Below are positions 1-8,531 of a DNA stretch of 35,621 nucleotides, in pieces. Below the pieces are notes generated by a model, which worked only from the letters and a program-made list of their open reading frames with translations, had not been told where the DNA came from and made no database searches. The position numbers were made by a program, and so were the translations under genes. How positions within the stretch are numbered: the first letter of the stretch is position 1; each line of letters opens with the position of its first letter. Source of the stretch: Candidatus Undinarchaeales archaeon (GTDB lineage: Archaea; SpSt-1190; JASMDC01); NCBI GenBank assembly GCA_030753015.1, contig JASMDC010000036.1, positions 1-35,621 on the forward strand, written 5' to 3'.

Positions 1-864
1 ACGGCCGAGACCGCAGAGCACATCGTCGACATGATCGAGCAGGGGTACAACGTCGTCATTACTCATGGCAACGGGCCACAAGTGGGCAACATCCTCCGCC
101 GCTCGGAGCTTGCCTGCCAGCAGATCCAGCTCTATCCGCTCCCCCTGGACATATGCGGTGCGGATTCCCAGGGAGGGATGGGCTATATGATCCTGCAGGT
201 GCTGTCGAACGCGCTCTTAAAGCGCGGCATCGAGCGCAACGTTACAGCGATCGTGACCCAGACCCTCGTCGACCGGGAAGATCCCTCGTTCCAGAGCCCC
301 TCAAAGCCCATCGGTACGTTCATGGACGAGAAGGATGCCGGGATCCGGCGAGACCGGGACGGCTGGGACGTCATCGAGGACGCCGGTCGTGGCTGGCGTC
401 GTGTGGTCCCGTCCCCGATTCCCATCGACATCATCGAGAAGAAGGCCATCAACACCGTCATCGATTCGGGCTCCATCGTGATCGCTGTCGGCGGGGGCGG
501 CATCCCCGTCATCCGGAAGGAGTCGGGCGAGATCATGGGAGTGGAAGCGGTCATCGACAAGGACCGGGCTTCCAGCCTCCTGGGAACCCTCATCAGCGCC
601 GACCTCGTCCTCATCTCGACCGACGTGGCGAAGGTGTGCCTCAACTTCAAGAAGCCGGACCAGAAGGAGCTGGACACCATCACCGTGTCGGAAGCGAAGC
701 GCTACTCCGAGGAGGGCCATTTCCTCAAGGGGAGCATGGGCCCCAAGGTCGAAGCTGCCATCCAGTTCTTGGAGAATGGCGGCAAGGAGGTCATCATCAC
801 CTCCCCCGAGAACATCGGAGCGGCCCTTGCCGGAAAGAGCGGCACGCACATCGTGCCTGACTGA
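1..864 (+). CDS. arcC: Carbamate kinase (5'-truncated by the window edge)
   Basis: The frame is open from base 1 (TAETAEHIVDM...). It has the signature motifs VITHGNGPQVG, DSQGxxGY, PSKPIG, RGWRRVVPSP, GGGGIPV, GVEAVIDKD and GSMGPKVEAA. Confidence 0.96.
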   Translation, partial: TAETAEHIVDMIEQGYNVVITHGNGPQVGNILRRSELACQQIQLYPLPLDICGADSQGGMGYMILQVLSNALLKRGIERNVTAIVTQTLVDREDPSFQSPSKPIGTFMDEKDAGIRRDRDGWDVIEDAGRGWRRVVPSPIPIDIIEKKAINTVIDSGSIVIAVGGGGIPVIRKESGEIMGVEAVIDKDRASSLLGTLISADLVLISTDVAKVCLNFKKPDQKELDTITVSEAKRYSEEGHFLKGSMGPKVEAAIQFLENGGKEVIITSPENIGAALAGKSGTHIVPD

Positions 865-909
865 TTCCACAGTCAGGTCGACTGGATACAGGTCCCGGGA
901 TCGTCACTC

Positions 910-1812
910 CTACTTCAGGTAGAGCTTGCCCAGTGGCGAGAGCACGACCGTGTCGGTCCTTCCGTCGACGGTCAGGAAGCCCAGGTCCGAGAGTGCCTTG
1001 AGATGACGTCCCACCTTGAACTCAGGGAGACCGGTCTCCTTCGCGATGGTGCCCATTGGATCGTTCACCGGTCCACTGTTCGCCTTCACGAATCCTAGCA
1101 CGGTCTCCTGTCCCTCGTCCGATAGAGCATCTCGCTTTACCATGGGGAGCGCCTTGAACGCGCCGCCAGCGGGATAGACCGCCACTGCGGACCGGTTGAG
1201 GTAGGCTCCCAGGAGGAAGAACGGATCGGTGGCGAGGACCGATGCGCCGGACGAGTTCGAGTACACCTTCTCCACGAGCGTGATGCGTGACGGCTCCTCC
1301 ACCTTTACGGTGTTCCCGAAGCCCGAGACGGACGAGGGTGCGACGATGGAGCCCTTCTCCGGCTCAGCGCTCCCGAGGCGAGCCACTCTGTCACTGAAAC
1401 CACCATCAGCGTCCGGAGCAGTTACAGGTGCACTGACGAGTCGGCCGTCATCCGCGAACACTATCCTGATCTTCGGGTGTACGTAGGCCGCGTACATCAC
1501 GGCCGCCGCGGTCTTGCCTGACGTGAGGACGGCATGGAAGTTGTTCTTCTTGTGCGAGGCCTTCTTGTCGATGGCCTTGAACACCTTCGCAGCATCCGAG
1601 AACAGGTCGCCTTCGTCCACGGCCTTTGCTGTGGCCTTGATGCGGTACTCCTTCGAGATGCGTTCCAGGAACGCCTTGGCCGCCGGTTTCTCCTTCTTGC
1701 GGTGGATGATCACGGCGAGGTCCGCACCGTGCTGGAAGCAGTCGGTGACCTCGTCCTCGTTCTCAGTGTAGGGGATGAGCATGCCTACCTTTCGCGCACC
1801 TAGCTTGGGCAT
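910..1812 (-). CDS. CARF-like Rossmann domain plus C-terminal winged-helix regulator (Csa3/DUF6293-like)
   Basis: The C-terminal wHTH (MGTIAKETGLPEFKVGRHLKALSDLGFL...VVLSPLGKLYL) is clear. The N-terminal beta/alpha domain contains FHAVLTSGKTAAAVMYAAY, resembling the CARF 'vnltgG.K...l..aa' motif. TATA-like TATAAAA lies at 1837-1843. Confidence 0.6.
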   Translation of the reverse strand: MPKLGARKVGMLIPYTENEDEVTDCFQHGADLAVIIHRKKEKPAAKAFLERISKEYRIKATAKAVDEGDLFSDAAKVFKAIDKKASHKKNNFHAVLTSGKTAAAVMYAAYVHPKIRIVFADDGRLVSAPVTAPDADGGFSDRVARLGSAEPEKGSIVAPSSVSGFGNTVKVEEPSRITLVEKVYSNSSGASVLATDPFFLLGAYLNRSAVAVYPAGGAFKALPMVKRDALSDEGQETVLGFVKANSGPVNDPMGTIAKETGLPEFKVGRHLKALSDLGFLTVDGRTDTVVLSPLGKLYLK

Positions 1813-1869
1813 GTCAGAATAGAGGCCCTGTCAAGCTTTTATAGCTATACTTCGGCGGCCCGGCCGGCG

Positions 1870-2274
1870 TCACTCCCTGCTGAAGAGAGTGTGCCTGATG
1901 GATAAGGCGAGCACCAGACCTATACCGAGTCCCGCTGCGGCCATAGGTGTGAAGACGGCCCTGACATCGCCCTTGACCTCGCGCGCCAGCAGGATCCCGC
2001 AGGATATCTCAGTTCCCTCCACCTTCTGGGCAACGACGGCACCTGCTCCGGCCTGGTTCATGGACACACGCTTTGCCTTTATGAGGCCACAGCCGCCCTG
2101 AGTGATGCGGATATCCTCGCCCTGGACGATCTGGGCTCCGCTCCGCTCCATGTGGACCTCGTTCGCGGTGATGTTCTCCACTTGCGCGTCCTGTATCTCG
2201 ACGGTCTCCTCGCCCAGCTGGGCGGGCTCGTCCTGAGAAGCATCGTCGTCTCCGATGGGGATCTTGAACTCCAT
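1870..2274 (-). CDS. Small beta-solenoid (15-aa repeat) protein with a C-terminal membrane anchor
   Basis: Five to six 15-residue beta-repeats (ANEVHMERSGAQIVQ / GEDIRITQGGCGLIK / AKRVSMNQAGAGAVV) are followed by the hydrophobic segment AAAGLGIGLVLALSI. Confidence 0.7.
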   Translation of the reverse strand: MEFKIPIGDDDASQDEPAQLGEETVEIQDAQVENITANEVHMERSGAQIVQGEDIRITQGGCGLIKAKRVSMNQAGAGAVVAQKVEGTEISCGILLAREVKGDVRAVFTPMAAAGLGIGLVLALSIRHTLFSRE

Positions 2275-2649
2275 GGAGATGCACGAGATGAAAAACCTTA
2301 AATCTACGGCGCGAGCGTGGGTGGATCGGGCCCACCTTCTGAATGTCGATTAAGAATCCCTTAAATTGAGCGATTTGTTGTATTATACTTTATTAAATTC
2401 GTCAATTCAGTAATCTATCCACGTAGAAGGCTATTTCCCCGTCCAGTTCTACAATATATAGTTATTTATTATCCTAAGCCACGGATTGTACCCATTATCA
2501 CGTAATATGCCACCGTTTCACGCCGGGAACGACGGGGAATGTTCAGCGTGCCGTGGAACGGTCCGGGAATGGCCGAGAGGGGTGTCGTCCGACCGTGTGG
2601 AACGGTTCCGGGGTAATTATAAAGGTCGTTCCAGACAAAGACTTAGATT
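2275..2649. promoter_or_regulatory. AT-rich divergent intergenic region with repeated GGAAC-N4-7-GGG motifs and a TATA box (TTATAAA 2617-2623)
   Basis: This is the longest and most AT-rich non-coding stretch in the window. Motif copies lie at 2525-2541, 2553-2571 and 2597-2617, with an inverted copy at 2435-2452. Confidence 0.55.
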
Positions 2650-3210
2650 ATGTGGGACCGCGACCAGTGGGATAAGCTCGAAGCGGCTGCCTGTTCAGGG
2701 ATGGAAGCCATCCATGAGCTCTCACCTAAGGATAAGCTCCTGCAGAAGTACCGGACGCTTCTGAAATCGGGACGCGCAGGCTGCATCGGTTACGGGTACC
2801 GCAAGATCCTCAACGACATAGGATGCCTCGCGTCCTTCTACCAGCGCCAGGGGTTCGTCATCGAGGAGGTCGTCGAGGACGAGGACGCCCACGTATTGAG
2901 CATGAGCCGGCCACTTTGCGCCATCAAACGCTCGTTGGTTCAGCGCTATTCCCTCTGCCCGCGCCTCCACGTGGACTTCCTTCCGCTGACGGCCGATAAG
3001 GCGGACGTCTGGGCCATCCCCCATATCGATCCCCACGACCCGTCAGAGGAGCCCAGGCTCCACGAGGTGGACCGCTCCCGCCGCGTTTACGCGCCACCAT
3101 CCCCGGGCGTCAAGGCGATCCTGAAGCTCATACTCTCCGGAAGGGAGCCCAAGAACGTCGTCTCGCCGTTATTTATCCAGTGCATGATGCCGCTAGGCAT
3201 CACGATATAA
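2650..3210 (+). CDS. Hypothetical protein (186 aa)
   Basis: ATG lies about 26 nt after TTATAAA and codon usage is genome-like. No family was recognised. Confidence 0.7.
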   Translation: MWDRDQWDKLEAAACSGMEAIHELSPKDKLLQKYRTLLKSGRAGCIGYGYRKILNDIGCLASFYQRQGFVIEEVVEDEDAHVLSMSRPLCAIKRSLVQRYSLCPRLHVDFLPLTADKADVWAIPHIDPHDPSEEPRLHEVDRSRRVYAPPSPGVKAILKLILSGREPKNVVSPLFIQCMMPLGITI

Positions 3211-3276
3211 GCTCGGCCCCGAAAAAAGGGTTCATTTTTAATCCTACCGTCCGACCTGCTTCACAACGATAGGTGA

Positions 3277-4275
<999 letters not shown>

Positions 4276-4288
4276 GCACGCTGCGAAC

Positions 4289-4315
4289 GGGGGGTCCGGA
4301 AGGAACCCCCGGACC
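4289..4315 (+). terminator. GC-rich hairpin downstream of gap
   Basis: GGGGTCC-GGAA-GGAACCCC forms a GNRA-loop stem. An alternative pairing is GGTCCGG (4293-4299) with CCGGACC (4309-4315). Confidence 0.35.
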
Positions 4316-4368
4316 TACCCGTTTGCGCTATGCGTTCCATTTTTATTGTTGAGCGGTGACCTAGAGGC

Positions 4369-5037
4369 ATGCAGATTCAGTTCGACCACAAGCCTGCCTA
4401 CTCCCTTGCCAAGGTCAGCCTCGGCGACGGCGAGTCCATTCGCGCAGAGTCAGGGGCCATGGTCTACATGACACCCAACATGCAGATGGAGACGAGCATG
4501 CAGTCGGGCGGCGTGTTGGGCGCCCTGAAGAAGTCCGTGCTCGGCGGCGAGAGCCTTTTCGTGAACACGTTCACAGCCCAGGGGGGCCAAGGCGAGATCG
4601 GCCTCGCTCCAAGTGCTCCCGGCGACGTTGAGCTGGTGGAGATGCAGGGCGAGACCTGGTTCCTCGAGGGATCGGCCTACCTGGCCAGTTCGCCCACCAT
4701 CAATATCGATACCAAGTTCCAGGGGATGAAGGGTTTACTATCCCGCGAGGGTCTCTTCTTCATCAAGGCTAACGGAAGCGGCCAGCTACTCATCAACTGC
4801 TTTGGCGGGCTCTCCCAGCACCAGGTCAACGGCGAGTTCGTCGTCGACACGGGTAACCTCGTCGCCTACTCCGAGGGCCTCAACTACGAGGTCGAACGTG
4901 TCGGCGGCTTAAAGGCCTCGCTCTTATCTGGAGAGGGTCTCGTCTCACGGCTCCGCGGACAGGGTACAGTCATGGTCCAGAGCAGGAGCCCCGGGGCGTT
5001 CGCTTCCTGGATCAGGAAGTTCATCCCGACCAAGTAA
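4369..5037 (+). CDS. AIM24 / TIGR00266 family protein
   Basis: It has AESGAMVYM, LGGESLFVNTF, EGLFFIKAxGxG, VVDTGNLVA, SGEGLVxRxxGxG and VQSR. Confidence 0.93.
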   Translation: MQIQFDHKPAYSLAKVSLGDGESIRAESGAMVYMTPNMQMETSMQSGGVLGALKKSVLGGESLFVNTFTAQGGQGEIGLAPSAPGDVELVEMQGETWFLEGSAYLASSPTINIDTKFQGMKGLLSREGLFFIKANGSGQLLINCFGGLSQHQVNGEFVVDTGNLVAYSEGLNYEVERVGGLKASLLSGEGLVSRLRGQGTVMVQSRSPGAFASWIRKFIPTK

Positions 5038-5077
5038 GGAGCGCTCTGTACGGAAGGATGAGCGGGTGAGGGGTACC

Positions 5078-5431
5078 ATGGACAGAAAATTTCTCGCGGC
5101 AGTGCTGATCGTCGCAGCCCTCCTGGTCGGATGCTCCTCCCAGCCGCCCGTCCCACCCGAGGAGTGCGACGGAACGGAGGCCGAGAAGGCAGCATGCGTT
5201 GGTAAGTACGTGGCCTACACCGGTGACCTCGCCCCTTGCTGGAAGCTCTCCCCACCACATGATTTCACCTGCGCGCGTCGGGGCTATACCACGCGCAACG
5301 ATCCCAACCTGTGCGCGTCCATCCCCGCGGACAGGACGACCTGTCGCCAGGACTGCATCGTGTACTTCGGGGCCATCATGGAGGGTGGCGCGATGGGCGC
5401 ATCGGCGACCCCGGTCCACGTACGTCCGTGA
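5078..5431 (+). CDS. Small Cys-rich lipoprotein
   Basis: The ATG follows a GGTGAGG SD. The signal ends in a lipobox (MDRKFLAAVLIVAALLVG-C), and two DxxxCxx(L/I) Cys-repeat units follow. Confidence 0.7.
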   Translation: MDRKFLAAVLIVAALLVGCSSQPPVPPEECDGTEAEKAACVGKYVAYTGDLAPCWKLSPPHDFTCARRGYTTRNDPNLCASIPADRTTCRQDCIVYFGAIMEGGAMGASATPVHVRP

Positions 5432-5480
5432 CGCTGCCGTCACGCAAAACGATTTAATCCATACTGGCAAGTTGTTGGCC

Positions 5481-7097
5481 ATGGCCCTGATGAGGACTGC
5501 GTTCTCTGCGCTGACTGCCGAGCGTTCCGAGCTGGAAGAGCGGATGCCGCTGGTCGCGAGCATCAGCTTCGAGGAGCTCTCAAAGGCACGCACCGTTGTG
5601 AGCTGCCAGCCGGTGAGGTGCTCGGGCTGTGGAGCTGTGCTCACCAATCCCCGACATGTCAAGGAGGACGAGCGACTAGGTGTGCACTGGACGTGCGAGT
5701 ACTGCTCGACCGTGAACATCATCTCCAAGGACGAAATACCACCCGGGGGCGGCGACGATATCGACTTTGTCCTCGACGAGCCACCCGACACGAAGGAGAG
5801 CCCGGGGTCCCTTCCGGAGTCCAAGAGTGTCGACACCGTAGCGGTCATCGACACGTCGGGGAGCATGTCATTCAACAAGCTCGATGCCGTGAAGCAGTCA
5901 TTGAACGAGACGCTGGCAGACCTGCGCGTCAACGCACCCACGAGCGCCTTCGCCCTCATAACCTTCGACTCCACGGTGGCCGTGCACACCCTCCCCGGAG
6001 AGGCGCCCGTCGTGCTGTCGGGCGATGTGCTCAGGAACAGCGACCAGCTGATCGCTCAGCTCGTTGAAATGATCGACCCCCGTACACTCCAGCCAGTGGG
6101 GGAGATGGGGGAGCGCTGGACCGAGCTCGTCACCTCGTTACCGGCGCGAGGGATGACCGCCCTCGGACCCGCGGTCAACTCCGCACTCTGGCTCCTCAAG
6201 ACCCGTGGTGGAGGCAGGCTCGTACTCCTCACCGACGGCATGGCCAACGTTGGCCTGGGCACGCTCACTGGACCGTCCTCGTCGGGGCGTGACTTCTACA
6301 AGCGTGCTGCCCGGTCGGCCATGGATGCGGGGATCGTCGTCGACGTGGTCGGGATGCGCGATAAGAGCGAGAGCAACGAGATGGCGCTGGACGTCATCGG
6401 TGAGCTGGCCTCATCGTCCGGCGGTGGCATCTACTACGTCTCCGCTGCCGAGGTGGAGGGGAGCTTCCGCCAGATCAGGGGCCAGGAGTTCCTGGGGCAT
6501 GACGTGTCCCTTCGCCTCGTGACTCCCCGTACCCTCGAGGTCGAGCGCATCACCGGCCCGGGGGCGAAGGCGGATGCTGCTAAGACGCGTCTGGGAGCGG
6601 TCACCGCCGACCGCGAGGTGTTCATCAGGCTCAAGCGTTCGGGCAAGCTCGAGAAGAAGAAGGTCCCGCTCCAGGCCCAGATCGAGTACCGCGACGCCCA
6701 GGGCAGGCGTCACCTGCGCGTGTCCTCCATCAACGTCGACACCATCAAGGACGCCAAGGCGTACGCCAAAGGGTACGATACTGACATCCCGACGGTCATG
6801 GCCATGCAGGAGGCGGGCGAGGAGTACTTCCGCAATCGGACGGCGTCGTCTCTCGATCGGCTGCGGGCCATGAAGAACAACCTCGCCACCGTCGCGTCGA
6901 GCGCCCCGATCGGTAAGGCCCAGGACACCGCCACCAAGAACCTCGCGTTCGTGGAGCGTGAGATCGATCGATTGAGCAAGGCTGAGTCGGAGATACGCCC
7001 TAAAGCGGCCAAGGCGAGCAAGCGAGCCGTCAAGGGCCTCTCCATGCAGCGCATGTCCGTCTCACAGAGGCATGCTGAGGACGATGACTGTGGCTGA
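5481..7097 (+). CDS. Sec23/Sec24-like protein: Zn finger, vWA trunk, beta-sandwich and helical region (538 aa)
   Basis: The Zn finger is PVRCSGCGAVL...WTCEYCSTVN. The vWA domain has DTSGS, TALGPA and LLTDGMANVGLG. The beta-sandwich has QAQIEYRDAQGRRHLRV. The start was moved from 5199 to ATG 5481 because the upstream part overlaps the lipoprotein gene and a TTTAAT element lies at about 5453. Confidence 0.82.
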   Translation: MALMRTAFSALTAERSELEERMPLVASISFEELSKARTVVSCQPVRCSGCGAVLTNPRHVKEDERLGVHWTCEYCSTVNIISKDEIPPGGGDDIDFVLDEPPDTKESPGSLPESKSVDTVAVIDTSGSMSFNKLDAVKQSLNETLADLRVNAPTSAFALITFDSTVAVHTLPGEAPVVLSGDVLRNSDQLIAQLVEMIDPRTLQPVGEMGERWTELVTSLPARGMTALGPAVNSALWLLKTRGGGRLVLLTDGMANVGLGTLTGPSSSGRDFYKRAARSAMDAGIVVDVVGMRDKSESNEMALDVIGELASSSGGGIYYVSAAEVEGSFRQIRGQEFLGHDVSLRLVTPRTLEVERITGPGAKADAAKTRLGAVTADREVFIRLKRSGKLEKKKVPLQAQIEYRDAQGRRHLRVSSINVDTIKDAKAYAKGYDTDIPTVMAMQEAGEEYFRNRTASSLDRLRAMKNNLATVASSAPIGKAQDTATKNLAFVEREIDRLSKAESEIRPKAAKASKRAVKGLSMQRMSVSQRHAEDDDCG

Positions 7098-8529
7098 CCG
7101 CGTTCTCATCGGCGTGCTGTGCCTCGTGCTCATCCTAGCACCGGTACTGGCCGGGACCGGCGACACCTGTGGTGGGTTCGGTGAACCCGTCGTGCTGTCC
7201 GACCACGACAGCTATGTCAATGCGCTCGCGGTCGATGAGCAGTTCCTCTACTCGGGCTCCGCCGATGACACCGTACGGGTGTGGGACCTGGCCAACGAGC
7301 TGGCGGCCTATAAGACCCTGAGGCCGGACGGATCAATCGTCAATGCGCTCCAGGCCCAGGACGGGCTGCTCATCGTGGGGACCAAGGGAGGCTCGATCAC
7401 CCTGCTCGATGCTGCCCGGGGTACCTTCCTGCCCGTAGGCAGCCGGCTCTCCGTGGGAGAAGCCGTGTACGCGCTCTTTGTCCATGATGGGCGTCTGTAC
7501 GTCGGGACGTGGGGCGGAAAGCTTCTCGTGTACGGATTCCCCGGTCTGGAGAGCATCGACACAGTACAAGCGCACCGCTTCCCCGTACTGGATATATTCG
7601 CTGCTGACGGACTCGTCTACACGGCCTCGAAGGACAACTCGGTCAGGGTCTGGAACGCCACTACCCTGGAGCCGGTGCGCACGCTCACGGGCCATCTGGG
7701 GAACGTGTACAGTGTGATCGTTCACGAGGGACTGGTGTACACGGGTTCCTACGAAGGGAGTATCGGCGTATGGCGTGATGGCGACGCTCCCGTCGTGAAG
7801 CCCGGCCCGGGCCCTCTGGTGCTCGCGCTCACAGCGGATGACCGTTACATCTACGCGGGATATGCCAACGGTCTCGTGCGTGTGCTCGATCCCGTCACGT
7901 GGGAGGAGGTCGCGAAGCTGTCCGGCCATCGGGGTGACGTTAATGCCCTGGTCGTCGACGGGCGCCGGCTCTACTCGGGTGCATGGGACGATACGGTGTT
8001 CGTGTGGCAGCTCCCCCCCAAGTGTGGCGATGGCGTGTGCGGGAAATGCGAGCAGGACGTCTGCTGCCAGGACTGCGGGTGCCCCGGCGGTATGCGTTGC
8101 AGCAATTACGTGTGCTGTCCACGGGGGCTGCAGTGTTGTACCGACCACGCTGACTGCGGGGAGGACGAGTTCTGCGGCCCCGCTGATGCTTGCCTCACGA
8201 AGGGTGACGATGGCGCCCTCTGTTCCAGCGACGTAGCGTGCCTCTCGGGATCCTGCTCCCATGGCATGTGCTGCCCGGCGGGGACCGTGCGCAGGGACGG
8301 TACGTGCGCCACGCCCGAAAAGACAGGCGGTCGATGCACCACTGACTTCCATTGCGCCGACAGCAGCTGCTCCTTCGGTAGATGCTGTCCTGCGGGCACA
8401 TGGTGGGGCCCGCTCGGTTGTCGGACCGATTACCCCGTCATGTCCAGCGTCATCCTGGGCCTTTTCGTGCTCGGACTGGCGATCGTGTGGGACCGGGCAG
8501 GACTGTTCGACTGGTCAGGGCGCTGGTGA
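7084..8529 (+). CDS. Secreted, membrane-anchored WD40 beta-propeller protein with a Cys-rich stalk
   Basis: It has a signal peptide, about 7 WD repeats (HDSYVNAL...LYSGSADDTVRVWD; GHLGNVYSV; GHRGDVNAL...LYSGAWDDTVFVW), CGDGVC Cys repeats and a C-terminal TM helix. It overlaps the upstream gene by 14 nt. Confidence 0.9.
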   Translation: MTVADRVLIGVLCLVLILAPVLAGTGDTCGGFGEPVVLSDHDSYVNALAVDEQFLYSGSADDTVRVWDLANELAAYKTLRPDGSIVNALQAQDGLLIVGTKGGSITLLDAARGTFLPVGSRLSVGEAVYALFVHDGRLYVGTWGGKLLVYGFPGLESIDTVQAHRFPVLDIFAADGLVYTASKDNSVRVWNATTLEPVRTLTGHLGNVYSVIVHEGLVYTGSYEGSIGVWRDGDAPVVKPGPGPLVLALTADDRYIYAGYANGLVRVLDPVTWEEVAKLSGHRGDVNALVVDGRRLYSGAWDDTVFVWQLPPKCGDGVCGKCEQDVCCQDCGCPGGMRCSNYVCCPRGLQCCTDHADCGEDEFCGPADACLTKGDDGALCSSDVACLSGSCSHGMCCPAGTVRRDGTCATPEKTGGRCTTDFHCADSSCSFGRCCPAGTWWGPLGCRTDYPVMSSVILGLFVLGLAIVWDRAGLFDWSGRW

Positions 8530-8531
8530 TC

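Noticed and set aside
4293-4305. GGTCCGGAAGGAA matches the core of the bacterial SRP RNA conserved helix
   Set aside because: The flanking CAGG and GCAG internal-loop bases are missing, and the 93-bp gap is far too short for an archaeal 7S RNA.
5199-5480. ORF-track N-terminal extension of the vWA gene; similar extensions at 19467-19718, 14458-14553 and 26026-26058
   Set aside because: They overlap real neighbouring genes or promoters and have off-frame composition. Better starts with SD or TATA lie downstream.
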